Assembly (NCBI GenBank): GCA_028279745.1
Contig: JANQNC010000001.1
Location: 594,154 to 658,153 of the forward strand
Reading direction: 5' to 3'
DNA length: 64,000 nt
Origin: Candidatus Nanoarchaeia archaeon
GTDB taxonomy: Archaea; Nanobdellota; Nanobdellia; Woesearchaeales; JANQNC01
Shown: positions 1-10,528 of the stretch, piece after piece
Layout of the letters: each line of letters begins with the position of its first letter
How positions within the stretch are numbered: the first letter of the stretch is position 1
Program-made: the position numbers and the translations under genes
Notes under the pieces: model-generated
Seen by the model: only the letters and a program-made list of their open reading frames with translations
Databases searched by the model: none
What the model was told of the DNA's origin: nothing

Positions 1-638
1 ATGTAGCATCACAAATCCCTGCAGAAGTTTTAGGGGTTAAAGCAGGAGATAAAGTGCTAGATATGTGTGCAGCGCCAGGAAGCAAAACAACACAGCTAGG
101 AGCTTTAATGAAAAACAAAGGCGTGATAGTATCAGTTGAGAATATGCTTGGAAGAGTTAAGGTATTGCGTAACAATCTAGAAAGATGCGGAGTAAGTAAT
201 TGTTTGGTGTATAAGAAAGATGCAAGATTCGTAAATGAGCTAGGGATCGAGTTTGATAAAATATTATTGGATGCGCCGTGTTCAGGAAACTACACACAAG
301 AAGAAACCTGGCTAAGAGAAAGAAAAGTAGAAGATTTCAAAGCAAACGCAAGAACACAAAAGGAGATGATAAAATCAGCAGTTAAGTGTTTGAAAAAAGA
401 TGGTGTGCTAGTTTACAGTACCTGTTCACTAGAACCCGAAGAAAATGAAATGGTCATACAATGGGCTTTAGATAAATTAGATGTTGAGTTAATGGATATC
501 AAGCTTAAAGTGGGTGATGAAGGCATTACAAATCCATTTGGGAAAGAATTGGATGAAAATGTTAGTAAATGTGTAAGAGTGTGGCCGCACAAAACAGGCC
601 TGCAAGGTTTTTTTGTAGCTAAATTAAAGAAGAAATAG
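1..638 (+). CDS. NOL1/NOP2/Sun-family RNA (cytosine-C5) methyltransferase, 3' part (gene starts upstream of window)
   Basis: The frame is open from base 3 and reads VLDMCAAPGSKT (SAM-binding motif), DAPCSGN (catalytic Cys motif) and VYSTCS. The ORF track begins it at an internal Met. Confidence 0.8.
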   Translation, partial: VASQIPAEVLGVKAGDKVLDMCAAPGSKTTQLGALMKNKGVIVSVENMLGRVKVLRNNLERCGVSNCLVYKKDARFVNELGIEFDKILLDAPCSGNYTQEETWLRERKVEDFKANARTQKEMIKSAVKCLKKDGVLVYSTCSLEPEENEMVIQWALDKLDVELMDIKLKVGDEGITNPFGKELDENVSKCVRVWPHKTGLQGFFVAKLKKK

Positions 639-2162
639 TTATTCTTTAGGTGAGATTTTGATTAATGTTTCGTTGGTAGGATCTAATAGTTGATCTGTGT
701 GCAAGTAACCTTCGAAAACAGTAGAACCAACTTTAGAAAGTTGATAGTTAGAATCAAGATAATCCAACAATGGCTGACCACCATAATTTATTGCAGAACT
801 CCAGGTTGTATAAACAGGTCTTCCTTCATCTAATGCGGCGGTTAGTTTTGGTAATAGCTCTTCAGACTCAACCAATACAAACTCCCTGTTAGCATAGTAG
901 TCAACAAAAATCCAATAATACCCCGAGATCAAGATCAATGAGTTAGGCTCTGTTGTTTCTTCCATATACATAAAGAACTCTTTAGTTCCAACAGTGTCAT
1001 GTCTGTACTTTATGACGGGATAAGCTGTTGCAAAAGTTGAGATTAAGATGAATAGCAGTAAGATCATGCCTATCAGTCTGGACTTTTTGAAAATATGTTC
1101 AAGACCGATTGAGCCTACGAAAATGAAAGGTAAAAATAAGACTAATAACATTCTTGGTCGGTAAACTGCGTTGGCAGTCATAACAAAAATGAAAACTATC
1201 AATGATGCAAGGAAATATATTGATATCTTTCGGTATACTTTTTTGAAGAAGATAAGATATAAAGCAAATATGAATGAAAGAGAGAATACCATAGTGAAAA
1301 TATTATTTAGATCAAGCAATATAGGAGTAAGCATAGTTCCGTAAGAAGTTTTCTGGCCGAAAAGCATGGTCTTTATTGTTGTGCCAAGCCAGAACTTAAG
1401 TTCTAATAAAATAATTATTAAGAAAGGTATGAAAAGATAAAGGAAATTCCTTAACTTGAATTTCAAGTCAGGTATCTTAAAAGAGAACTTCTTATCCTTG
1501 AATGAAAAATGAGGGAAAATGTAAAAAGCAAAGTATAATGGAAGAAGCATAAGTTTTATTTCCCTTGTCCCCATACAGAGAGCAATGGTCCCTCCTGACA
1601 AGGCTAAGAAAAGTTTTGACTTGTCTTCCAAGCCTTTGAATAAAAGATAGAAAGCAAGGATAAGATAGAACTGACTAAACCCATGTTCTTTACCTGAAGT
1701 GATTGCGTTAAGCAGAACATAGTTAAAACCGTAAATCAAAGTTACTATTGTTGCAAGAATGTCACTCTTTGAGATAATCTTGGTTAGCTTGTACATGAAG
1801 AATACTGCTAAAGATGCCAAGATAATATTTAGGTATATGTATAAGAATTCTGCAGATGTGTTTCCAGTAATAAGCTTGAAAGGTGCAAAGAAAATCATAG
1901 TTGTTAAAGGAACAACACCTCTCCAACCAATCTCATCAGTTTCTCCCGAGAGAAGGTTTTCAGTTTTCCAAGGCCAACCAGTACTATCACCATGCAACAA
2001 ACCATTAGCTGAGAAAGAAATACAGATTATCAAGAACAACGCAGTTATTATGAAAGGGAGAAATTTAACAGGGATCTTAATCTTGTCAACAACATTATTC
2101 AACCTACTATTTAACTTAGAAAAAACCGACAAATTCACGTTTAGCTCTTCTTCATCCGGCAA
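639..2162 (-). CDS. multi-pass membrane protein, GT-C-fold glycosyltransferase-like (PMT/ArnT-like)
   Basis: The 507-aa product has more than 10 predicted TM helices and a soluble C-terminal domain. The ORF starts on a TTG and has no in-frame ATG nearby. A homology search is needed to confirm the family. Confidence 0.45.
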   Translation of the reverse strand: MPDEEELNVNLSVFSKLNSRLNNVVDKIKIPVKFLPFIITALFLIICISFSANGLLHGDSTGWPWKTENLLSGETDEIGWRGVVPLTTMIFFAPFKLITGNTSAEFLYIYLNIILASLAVFFMYKLTKIISKSDILATIVTLIYGFNYVLLNAITSGKEHGFSQFYLILAFYLLFKGLEDKSKLFLALSGGTIALCMGTREIKLMLLPLYFAFYIFPHFSFKDKKFSFKIPDLKFKLRNFLYLFIPFLIIILLELKFWLGTTIKTMLFGQKTSYGTMLTPILLDLNNIFTMVFSLSFIFALYLIFFKKVYRKISIYFLASLIVFIFVMTANAVYRPRMLLVLFLPFIFVGSIGLEHIFKKSRLIGMILLLFILISTFATAYPVIKYRHDTVGTKEFFMYMEETTEPNSLILISGYYWIFVDYYANREFVLVESEELLPKLTAALDEGRPVYTTWSSAINYGGQPLLDYLDSNYQLSKVGSTVFEGYLHTDQLLDPTNETLIKISPKE

Positions 2163-2244
2163 GATACCCCTCCTCTTTTTTAGCCATCACTCTAAGGACT
2201 TCTGTATTTAAATGTTTGGATAATGAGAATTTATAAAAAAAAGA

Positions 2245-2356
2245 GGACAGCTTCCAGCATTTCCCGTTCATGAGAACAGTACAGTACTGAACGGAGGATT
2301 GCTTAACTTCCGTGTTCGAAATGGGAACGGGTGGAACCAAACCCCTTTGGCCGTCC
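2245..2356 (-). rRNA. 5S ribosomal RNA
   Basis: The reverse complement contains the universal 5S core CCACCCGTTCCCATTTCGAACACGGAAGTTAAGC and a GGGAAATGCTGG helix-IV/V-like segment. Its termini, GGACGGC and GCTGTCC, pair as helix I. It is not linked to 16S or 23S genes. Confidence 0.8.
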
Positions 2357-2378
2357 ATTATTGAGGAATAATAAATCC

Positions 2379-2386
2379 TTTATAAA
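2379..2386 (-). promoter_or_regulatory. TATA box (TTTATAAA) about 26 nt upstream of the 5S rRNA 5' end
   Basis: The palindromic TTTATAAA sits at the canonical archaeal -26/-27 position relative to the inferred 5S start. Confidence 0.4.
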
Positions 2387-2445
2387 GATTATGGATAGTA
2401 TATAAAAAAGCTTATAAATGGAGTTAGGTGAATGGATGAAGGGGT

Positions 2446-4299
2446 GTGGTAATGAGCTTATTCAGCATAATACTGTTTTTTGTATATCTGTGGGGCTTCG
2501 GGTTTTCTGTAACTCGATTTGTGAAACACTCTGAAAACTTCTGGGAACGAAACATAATGTACTTAGGGGTTGGGTTAGGAGTTTATTCTTTGCTTGTTAT
2601 AATCTTAAATTGGATACACGTTCCATTAAACTGGTTCATATTCTTAATCTTAAGTTTAATAGTTCCTGTTGTTTACTTGGTTAAATCTCTAAAGAAAGAA
2701 GAGATAAACTTTGACACTAAAATGTTTAAGTTGACAAAGTCAAACTTAAGGGTTTGGGTGTTGTTAGTTCTAGCTTTTGTATTATTTTTAGTTTATGTCA
2801 AAGGATCATTCAGCTATCCTTGGGTAGAAGATGGAGATCCATTTGAGCATTTACTTGGGATAGAGTATGTTGCAGAAAAACAAACATGGTTCTTTGAAGA
2901 TAATGTACTTGAAAAAAGATCCTTGATGCACTACCTAGAACCTTATCCGCCAACCTATGACGCAATAATAGGAATACAACACCAAGTAACAAACTCAATA
3001 GTCTGGACAACAAAAATATTCAACGTTTTCTTAATAACTTTAGGACACATATTCTTTTACTTCTTTTTAGCAAGGTTTATGGAGAACAAGAATAAAGCGT
3101 TGTTTGCATCATTCTTACTAATCATAATACCTTGTTTCTTAAGCCATTTCATATGGTCTTCAACATTAGCAATTACATTATTCTTCCCAGCATTCTACTG
3201 TCTGGAAATGATAAAGAAAGATAAGAAGTGGATGTATCCATCTATTGCATTAATAACTGCAATAATGATCGCACAACCAACTAATAACGTAATATTTGGA
3301 ATAATGTTTGGCATTTATTGGATAGTAAAATCGATATATGAGAAAAAGTTTTTAGTTCCTGAATTCTTAGTGGGAGTGGTTGGATTGATTGCTTCTCTGA
3401 TAATATACTGGATACCTATACTTCTCAGATTTGGATGGGAGAAGTTCAAAATTGGATTGGTAATAGTCCCAAGTATAGGTTTGGATGTTAATGAAGGTAA
3501 CTTTTACGGGTTAAGTGATTTTATGAGCTCAGCATTGAATAACAAAATAGACAACCCTATTGGATTGGGAATTGTTTTATTTTTACTTGTTGTTGTCTCT
3601 GCAATTATTGCGCTTGTAAGATTGAAAAAGTTAGCAAGCAAGAAAAATTTATGGGTGACAATAACCTTACTTTGGCTGTTGTTTGCATTCTTAGGATTGC
3701 ATCAAGCAAGACTGCCACTTCCATTCACACTATTCGCATATAGGTTCTGGGCAATATTTGCAATACCTGCTGTGATGATAGCTGCAGAAGGTGTTTCTCA
3801 GATAATACAGTTGTGCAAGAAACTTAAGTTTTCACATTATTTTGTAACAATACCTTTATTTGTGTTGTTATTGGCAACTTCGGCTTATCCAAAATATTCA
3901 GTACAAACAGCGATGTGGCCAGCACACGCTTATGGATCTGTAGAGGAAATGATGTCTTACGAATGGGTAAGAAACTCTATACCTCAAAATAGTTATGTAA
4001 TTCCATTATGTAACGACAATGACTGGAGCGACAGAAAAATAATAGGTCTAGATATGATGGTTGAGTTCTGGGATTTAGATCTAAGAGATTTCAGAAGAGG
4101 GTGGGTCAATAAATCAACAGACGAGATCCATACAAGACTGAAAGAAAAAGGATATGAGTTTACAACAATAGACAGTTCATGCGTAACACAAGGATATGAT
4201 CCTGAAGAAGTACAGAAAAAAGCAGAAGAGATGATCGGAACAGGAAAATTCCAACTAATCCATCAAAACACAGGACTTCTTGTCTTTAAGATAATATAA
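2446..4299 (+). CDS. multi-pass membrane protein with C-terminal extracytoplasmic domain (possible GT-C/oligosaccharyltransferase-like)
   Basis: The 617-aa product has about 13 hydrophobic helices followed by a roughly 150-aa soluble C-terminal domain. No diagnostic motif was recognised. Confidence 0.35.
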   Translation: MVMSLFSIILFFVYLWGFGFSVTRFVKHSENFWERNIMYLGVGLGVYSLLVIILNWIHVPLNWFIFLILSLIVPVVYLVKSLKKEEINFDTKMFKLTKSNLRVWVLLVLAFVLFLVYVKGSFSYPWVEDGDPFEHLLGIEYVAEKQTWFFEDNVLEKRSLMHYLEPYPPTYDAIIGIQHQVTNSIVWTTKIFNVFLITLGHIFFYFFLARFMENKNKALFASFLLIIIPCFLSHFIWSSTLAITLFFPAFYCLEMIKKDKKWMYPSIALITAIMIAQPTNNVIFGIMFGIYWIVKSIYEKKFLVPEFLVGVVGLIASLIIYWIPILLRFGWEKFKIGLVIVPSIGLDVNEGNFYGLSDFMSSALNNKIDNPIGLGIVLFLLVVVSAIIALVRLKKLASKKNLWVTITLLWLLFAFLGLHQARLPLPFTLFAYRFWAIFAIPAVMIAAEGVSQIIQLCKKLKFSHYFVTIPLFVLLLATSAYPKYSVQTAMWPAHAYGSVEEMMSYEWVRNSIPQNSYVIPLCNDNDWSDRKIIGLDMMVEFWDLDLRDFRRGWVNKSTDEIHTRLKEKGYEFTTIDSSCVTQGYDPEEVQKKAEEMIGTGKFQLIHQNTGLLVFKII

Positions 4300-4300
4300 A

Positions 4301-4972
4301 ATGGAAGCAAAAGAAAGAGAGAACTTGATTTATTCAAAAGGGAAAGATAACCCTATCGAAAAAGAAGAAAAGATAATGATATCTTTATTGCCTGATGCAG
4401 ATAAAAAAAAATTACTTGATATTGGATGTGGCGTAGGAACAATCTCAAAAGAGCTGCAAAAAAAAGGATTTGATGTTATAGGCATAGACTTTTCTGATGT
4501 TGGTGTGAAGAAGGCAAAAAAGAAAGGAGTGAAAGCAAAAGTATGTGACGTTGACAAAAAAGGACTGCCATTCGATAAGAATAGTTTTGGCGTAGTGTGG
4601 GCAGGAGACGTTATAGAACACGTGTTTGACCCAATAAATCTATTCAGAGAGATTACAAGAGTGATGAAACCAAAAGGGAATGTTTTAGTTACAGTACCAA
4701 ACGATTTTAATCTTCTGATGAGGTTATATGTGCTAATTACAGGCAATACACCACAATACTTAACTTACAAAAATCTGGAGCAGTGTAAACATCATACAAT
4801 GTTTAGCTGGAAGCTATTGAAATATATGCTGAAAAAAGGGAAGTTAAAGGTAGAAAAGTTTAGATCAATAGTGCGAGTGCCTTTCACAAAGATAGAGTTC
4901 AGTACAAGATTAAAGATAGTTGGAATACTATTTGGGAGAATCTTCATAGTTAAAGCAGGATATTTAAGATAA
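4301..4972 (+). CDS. class I SAM-dependent methyltransferase
   Basis: Motif I reads LLDIGCGVGTIS, followed by the acidic loop DVIGIDFSD and motif GDVIEHV. Confidence 0.7.
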   Translation: MEAKERENLIYSKGKDNPIEKEEKIMISLLPDADKKKLLDIGCGVGTISKELQKKGFDVIGIDFSDVGVKKAKKKGVKAKVCDVDKKGLPFDKNSFGVVWAGDVIEHVFDPINLFREITRVMKPKGNVLVTVPNDFNLLMRLYVLITGNTPQYLTYKNLEQCKHHTMFSWKLLKYMLKKGKLKVEKFRSIVRVPFTKIEFSTRLKIVGILFGRIFIVKAGYLR

Positions 4973-5012
4973 GAACATAGCATTTTTAAATTAGATAAAA
5001 CACTTAACAATC

Positions 5013-6305
5013 ATGACTTTGATCAATTATATATTGGACATGTGGCAGAATCCATATGTAAAAAAAACAGTAAAAGGATCTGCAGCAGTGTTCTCAATGG
5101 CATTACTGACCGGGTTAATAGGTTATGTGATTAGGATTGTATTATCAAGACAGTTATCGCTTGAGGATTTTGGGCTTTTTTATGCAGTATTCACTTTTGT
5201 AATCTTCTTTGATATGTTCAAAAACTTAGGTTTAAACCATGCATTGATGAAGTTCATACCTGAGTTTAAAGTAAAGAAAAAATACGGTGAGATAAGGTCA
5301 ATAATCAAATATGTGTTATTTACAAATTTAACAGCAGCAATAGTTATATCTGCAATCTGGTTAATATTTTCAAATTATCTTGCAGCAAACTATTTCAATA
5401 ATGTAATATCCACAGAGTTATTATTCATATTATCAATCTACTTTGTCATAAGTGTGTTTTTAGACACTCTTGCATACAGCTGTTTAGGATTTCAGAGAAA
5501 CCTGTTCTTTTCATTAAGGTTATTTTTAATCAACGTGTTTGTGTTGGCAGGAATTGTTCTGTCTAAAAATTTGGGAGTTATTTCCCCTGCATTATCTTAT
5601 GCTGGCGCAGTTATACTCACAGGGATAGTTTTTGTGTTTCTTTTCAAAAAATCTTTCAAAATACCAAAACGAAAAAGCAAGTTTTCATCAAAACTGTACA
5701 AACAACTTTTCAAATTTGGGATCCCCCTAACTTTAACAATAGCGGGATCTACAATAATCGGCTACATAGATGTTTTAATGCTGACATTCTTCAGAAACTT
5801 AGAAGAGGTGGGAGTGTATAGCGCAGTTTTACCTTCAGCAATATTCTTTTCAGTGATCGGACGAGCAATAGGAACTGTGTTGATTCCAGTTGTATCTGAA
5901 ATGTGGGCAAAAAAGAAATACAAAGAAGTCAATAGAGGAGTAAAACTAATCAATTATTATCTATCATTACTACTTGCACCTTTAGTTATAATATTCTTCA
6001 TATTCTCAAAACAGATAATCACAATACTCTTTGGTGAACAGTTTGCAATAGGACATATAGCTTTCAGAATACTCATAATAGGGGCGGCATTCCATTCACT
6101 GTTCTCAATTAATGGGAACTCAATAACCGCAAGAGGTAAGCCTCAAACCGTGACAAAAATAGTTTTATTTTTAGCAGTTGTTAATATAATAGTAAACTTA
6201 CTGCTAATTCCAAAATACGGGATGGTGGGTGCAGCAATAGCAACCTCTTTGAGTTATTTCTTGGGATTCTTACTGATAATAAGAAAATCAAGGTCACCTA
6301 AGTAA
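5013..6305 (+). CDS. Wzx/MOP-family lipid-linked oligosaccharide flippase (polysaccharide biosynthesis protein)
   Basis: The 430-aa product has about 12 TM helices and the typical N-terminal VKGSAAVFSMALLTGLIGYVIRIVLSRQLSLEDFGLFYAV. Confidence 0.65.
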   Translation: MTLINYILDMWQNPYVKKTVKGSAAVFSMALLTGLIGYVIRIVLSRQLSLEDFGLFYAVFTFVIFFDMFKNLGLNHALMKFIPEFKVKKKYGEIRSIIKYVLFTNLTAAIVISAIWLIFSNYLAANYFNNVISTELLFILSIYFVISVFLDTLAYSCLGFQRNLFFSLRLFLINVFVLAGIVLSKNLGVISPALSYAGAVILTGIVFVFLFKKSFKIPKRKSKFSSKLYKQLFKFGIPLTLTIAGSTIIGYIDVLMLTFFRNLEEVGVYSAVLPSAIFFSVIGRAIGTVLIPVVSEMWAKKKYKEVNRGVKLINYYLSLLLAPLVIIFFIFSKQIITILFGEQFAIGHIAFRILIIGAAFHSLFSINGNSITARGKPQTVTKIVLFLAVVNIIVNLLLIPKYGMVGAAIATSLSYFLGFLLIIRKSRSPK

Positions 6306-7361
6306 AGGTAAGAACCTTTTTAGGAAAGTTTCTGGGCTGTGTTCTTTAAGGACTTTTGTTTTAGCATTCTTGCCAAAAAAAATCAGTTTCTTGAAATTTA
6401 TCTTTCCGCCAGATATGAATGACTCAATCGAGTTCGATAAAGACTCTAGACTGTCTTTTTTGAATATAAACCCGTCTTTTCCGTGAGAGGTGTAACACTT
6501 AGTCCCATTATCAGAAGATAATATTACAGGAATCCCATAAGACATCGCTTCTAGATTTGAATAAGAAGCAGGTTCGTTATTGCTTGGAACAATGTAAAGA
6601 TCTGATTTTAGGAATAGTTTTTCCATATCTTTGTGAGCCACATTTTTATGGATCTTTATATCTATTTTTGCGGAGTTGATCTTCTTCATGACCGCATCAT
6701 AATAAGCGTTTTTGTAAGAAAGAGCGCCTGCAATAGAGAGATTAAACTTTATCTTTGGGTATTTTTCTTGAAGCTGGTTTAATGCTTCAATCAGCAAGAT
6801 ATGATTTTTTCTCTTTTCGTTAAACTTCCCAATGCATAAAATGTTAAGTGTGCTGCTTGTTTTGAAACTTTTAGTTTTTGAGGATTCAATAGGGCAAGGT
6901 ATGTAGTGAACATTCTTTAATTCCTTCTTTCCAGTTATGTAACCTTCTTTCACACTTGCATAGATCATTGTTCTTTTTGGGATAAGCAAGAATTTTACAA
7001 TAGGGTAAGCTAGTTGATATAATGGGTTCTTAAGGTGCTTAATCTTCTGAACGTTAACAATGAACTTTAGGCCTTTTAATTTGCAAAAAAACATAGCTAG
7101 AAAAGTTGACGGCACATTTATCTCTTTGAGTACAACAAAATCGTAATTCTTCTTGATATTCTTCCACAACTGGAAAATGTTTGGAAAAAATAGGCTGTTA
7201 ATTATTCTTGATTTGATCTTTATAGACTTAAATTCAGCTGGAACCTTTCTTTGTCCTATAGATAGAAGAGTTACGTCTGCAACTTTGGACAATGATTTCA
7301 AAGTATGGTAAACATTAGGGTGGTAGTTCTGGATAAAAAGTATCTTCTTTTTGGAATTCAT
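6294..7361 (-). CDS. glycosyltransferase family 4 (GT-B, retaining)
   Basis: The C-terminal EX7E-type motif reads PASYSNLEAMSYGIPVILS, typical of a GT4 fold. Confidence 0.7.
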   Translation of the reverse strand: MNSKKKILFIQNYHPNVYHTLKSLSKVADVTLLSIGQRKVPAEFKSIKIKSRIINSLFFPNIFQLWKNIKKNYDFVVLKEINVPSTFLAMFFCKLKGLKFIVNVQKIKHLKNPLYQLAYPIVKFLLIPKRTMIYASVKEGYITGKKELKNVHYIPCPIESSKTKSFKTSSTLNILCIGKFNEKRKNHILLIEALNQLQEKYPKIKFNLSIAGALSYKNAYYDAVMKKINSAKIDIKIHKNVAHKDMEKLFLKSDLYIVPSNNEPASYSNLEAMSYGIPVILSSDNGTKCYTSHGKDGFIFKKDSLESLSNSIESFISGGKINFKKLIFFGKNAKTKVLKEHSPETFLKRFLPLLR

Positions 7362-7975
7362 TTTTTCTTAAGTATGAAAAGCAGTTGAGGAGCATAAACT
7401 TTTCTAAAGAATGAAAAGAAACGTTCAACAAAGTACTGCCAGTTTGTTTTAGGATCAAAGTAGTAATATACTGAAAGAATTTTTAGGTCAAATCTCTCAG
7501 CCAACTGTTTTAAAGTGTAATAATCATAATAACAAGAATGGTTCTTATTTGGTATAATTTTACCGAATAAAAGATTTCTTAAAACAGTTCTGATTCCAAA
7601 AGCGTTAGGTGTAGATAATGCAATCTTCCCATCTGTTTTTAGGTGTTTTTTGATGTTTTCAATAAAAAGGCCGGCATTTGAAACATGCTCAATGAGTTCA
7701 CCTGCAACGATAACATCAAATTTCTTGTTTAGCTTAAAGGTTTCAGCGTTGCCTGCAACTATATTATAGCCTTTACTGCTTAGTTTCTTTACCTCTTCCT
7801 TAGCCATATCAACACCCGTGACTTCTTTTGCGACTGATTGGATCAATTTATGCAACCAGAAAGGATTTTTTTCAGTAAGGGCTTTATGATCAACACAACC
7901 AATATCTAGAACTACCTTATTCCTGCAAAGAGCCATTATCTTTTCTTCTCTTCTTCTTATTATTGTTGGTTTCAC
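7358..7975 (-). CDS. class I SAM-dependent methyltransferase
   Basis: Motif I reads VLDIGCVDH. Its 4-nt overlaps with the neighbouring genes indicate an operon. Confidence 0.65.
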   Translation of the reverse strand: MKPTIIRRREEKIMALCRNKVVLDIGCVDHKALTEKNPFWLHKLIQSVAKEVTGVDMAKEEVKKLSSKGYNIVAGNAETFKLNKKFDVIVAGELIEHVSNAGLFIENIKKHLKTDGKIALSTPNAFGIRTVLRNLLFGKIIPNKNHSCYYDYYTLKQLAERFDLKILSVYYYFDPKTNWQYFVERFFSFFRKVYAPQLLFILKKK

Positions 7976-9078
7976 TTTCTACAAATATCCACATATAACT
8001 TTTCAGTTTTTGAGACTGTGTGTTTTATATCAAAATATTCTTTAACTCGCTTATAAGCATTGTTGCCTAGTTTAGATGCAAGCTTCTTGTTTTTTATAAG
8101 TCTTATTATTGAATTAGCGGTTTTTTTAGGGGAACTTACTGGGACAAGCGATGCCTCCTTCCCGTTTCTTGCGACTTCAGCATTTTCAGGAATGTCGGTT
8201 GTAATTATTGCTTTTTTCATGGCCATCGCTTCAATCAGACTATTGGATTGGCCTTCTGTAAGTGTTGCGCTTATCCAAATATCAGATATGGAAAGAAGAT
8301 TGGGAATGTCGCCTCTATAACCTAGGAATCTTACGTTCTTAACATTCAACCTTTTAACCAAACTCTTTATCTTTTTTGTTTCATCTTCATAATCTGTGCC
8401 CCCACCAACTACGAGGAAGTTTAAGTCTGTCTCTTTTTGAGCGATCTTCACAGATTTGATCAATGTTGGATAATCTTTTTCTTTTCTTAAGTTTGCAACA
8501 GAGATTAGGGTAGGGATGTTTTTCAGATTAAGTGCTCGTTTAATGGTTGAAGCTTTCTTTGTTGGTTTTAACTTTCGTAAATTAACACCATTATAGATCA
8601 ATTTTATCTTATTCTCCTTAATCCCATACCCCTTAACAAATCTCTTAAGATTTAGTGAGTTCACAGTATGAACATCTACCAGGTGCTGAGTGAACCCATC
8701 AACAAGCCTCTGGAAGGCATTAACTAACTTACCTCTGACTGATGAGATTATTTTGCAATTCGTTCCTTTAGCGGCAAGTCTGCCCACAATATTAGCATGA
8801 TACATGAAACAGTGCAGTATGTCTGGTTTTTTTGTTGTGATTAATCTTCTTAACTTCTTGATTGCTTTGAAGAACTCAAAAGGAGTTTTAACATTAAGGG
8901 TGTAGACAGATATGCCTTTATTTTTCAGATTTGATGCAATCTTGCCACCTTTAATCATGCTACAGACAGAAACATCAAACTTTTTCTTGTCTATACTGTT
9001 AACTAATTTCTCAAGCATGCGTTCTGCTCCACCTACTTGGAGGTCGGTTATGAAATAAAGAATTTTTTTCTTTTTCAT
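7972..9078 (-). CDS. glycosyltransferase family 4
   Basis: The N-terminus carries FITDLQVGGAER and the C-terminus carries EGQSNSLIEAMAMKKAIITTD. Confidence 0.75.
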   Translation of the reverse strand: MKKKKILYFITDLQVGGAERMLEKLVNSIDKKKFDVSVCSMIKGGKIASNLKNKGISVYTLNVKTPFEFFKAIKKLRRLITTKKPDILHCFMYHANIVGRLAAKGTNCKIISSVRGKLVNAFQRLVDGFTQHLVDVHTVNSLNLKRFVKGYGIKENKIKLIYNGVNLRKLKPTKKASTIKRALNLKNIPTLISVANLRKEKDYPTLIKSVKIAQKETDLNFLVVGGGTDYEDETKKIKSLVKRLNVKNVRFLGYRGDIPNLLSISDIWISATLTEGQSNSLIEAMAMKKAIITTDIPENAEVARNGKEASLVPVSSPKKTANSIIRLIKNKKLASKLGNNAYKRVKEYFDIKHTVSKTEKLYVDICRK

Positions 9079-10190
9079 TTTAGTAAGCCCATAAATTTCT
9101 TAACACTTAGCTCCCAGTCAAAATCTTTCACACTTTTCTTTATGCATGTTGATAAGGATTTTCTTAGTTTTTGATCTTTGAGTAAATTTATTATGTTTTT
9201 TCTTAGTGTTGAAGAGTTATTGGGAGTTATGAGGATCCCTTTTCCTTTGTCGCTTAATATTTCTCTTGTTCCACCCACATTAGTAGCAATTATGGGCTTG
9301 CCAACAGCTGCTGCTTCTAAAACAGATGTTGGAAGGCCTTCTGCGTAAGAAGGGTTGACAAATATATCTGTAATGTTTAACACGTTGATTATCTCTTTTT
9401 CTGTATTTTCACCCATGAAAAGAATTTCTTTTCTGTTTTTTGCAAGCTGTTTTAGTTTGGATTCATAAGGACCTTTTCCAACTATCAAGATTTTTATGTT
9501 ATCTATATTTTCTGTTGCTTTTAGCAAGTCTTGGACACCTTTTGCATGAATCAATCTTCCTATAAATGTTATTATCTTTGTATCTTTTGGGATCTTTAGC
9601 TTGGTTTTTAAGTTAGTCTTCACTTTCCTGAATTTTTTAGTGTCAACACCATTATGTATCAGTTTTATGCTCTTAGCACCCATCTTTTTAGAAAAATTAC
9701 AGCACGCTTTGCTTATACCTACAACTTTCCAAGCGTTGCTTATCACTTTCTTTCCGAGAGTCATATCGTATAAAAATGAGAATAGCTCTACTAGCTTATT
9801 AGGATGGTTTACAAATGAATTCCCATGTTCTATATGGATGAGCTTCAAATTATGCTTTTTAGCAAACTTCAAACCCATATTAGAAGTGTAGAAAAACCTT
9901 GTTTGGGTGATGACGCAGTTGTATTTGTTGTTTTCTATCTCTTTCATAAGTTTTTGGAACTGGTTGTTCTTTTTTGGAACTGCATAAGTGCCTTTCAGAA
10001 TATACTTTGAAGGCAATCTGTAAATGTTTATGCCTTTGTACTTTTCTTTTGATTTCTTCTTTTCAGTGTTTAAGGTTACAACATCTATTTTTATCTTTTT
10101 TTTAGCAAGTCTTGTTGTTAATTCAATAAGGTACTTCTCTAGACCTCCCTGAAAAGGGTAAAAATGCGTAGAAAAAAACAAAAGTCTCAT
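9075..10190 (-). CDS. glycosyltransferase family 4
   Basis: The C-terminus carries YAEGLPTSVLEAAAVGKPIIATNVGG. Confidence 0.75.
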   Translation of the reverse strand: MRLLFFSTHFYPFQGGLEKYLIELTTRLAKKKIKIDVVTLNTEKKKSKEKYKGINIYRLPSKYILKGTYAVPKKNNQFQKLMKEIENNKYNCVITQTRFFYTSNMGLKFAKKHNLKLIHIEHGNSFVNHPNKLVELFSFLYDMTLGKKVISNAWKVVGISKACCNFSKKMGAKSIKLIHNGVDTKKFRKVKTNLKTKLKIPKDTKIITFIGRLIHAKGVQDLLKATENIDNIKILIVGKGPYESKLKQLAKNRKEILFMGENTEKEIINVLNITDIFVNPSYAEGLPTSVLEAAAVGKPIIATNVGGTREILSDKGKGILITPNNSSTLRKNIINLLKDQKLRKSLSTCIKKSVKDFDWELSVKKFMGLLK

Positions 10191-10528
10191 TTTTTCAGTG
10201 CAACTTTCCTGACAATCGTCTCTACTCGCTTCTCTGTCTTTCTCACACTCTTATAAAGGTAGAATATTATTATCGTAAAGAACATAAATCCACCAATAAC
10301 AAAAAAGTCAACTGTTCTTTGGATCTCAAGACTTTCCATAATGCCATAAACCACTTTTGGGAAGATGGTTATGAACAAGAAAAAAAGCCAAACCAATATC
10401 CACAATGAAAAATCTTTAACATCGTAGTCTTTCTTTCTAAAACTTAGAAAAGTCAAATAGATCATAATCAACCCAAACAAAATACCTAATATCTGAACTC
10501 CTGGAATCATTTTACAAACCTCCACCAA
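10187..10528 (-). CDS. small membrane protein (DUF2304-like, typically paired with a GT2 enzyme)
   Basis: The 113-aa product has 3 TM helices and lies immediately upstream of the GT2 gene, overlapping it. Confidence 0.4.
   Translation of the reverse strand: MVEVCKMIPGVQILGILFGLIMIYLTFLSFRKKDYDVKDFSLWILVWLFFLFITIFPKVVYGIMESLEIQRTVDFFVIGGFMFFTIIIFYLYKSVRKTEKRVETIVRKVALKK

Noticed and set aside
1759-2211. 150-aa plus-strand ORF
   Set aside because: It is antisense within the polytopic GT-C gene. The hydrophobic mirror sequence shows no independent signals.
2152-2358. 68-aa minus-strand ORF
   Set aside because: It coincides with the 5S rRNA gene.
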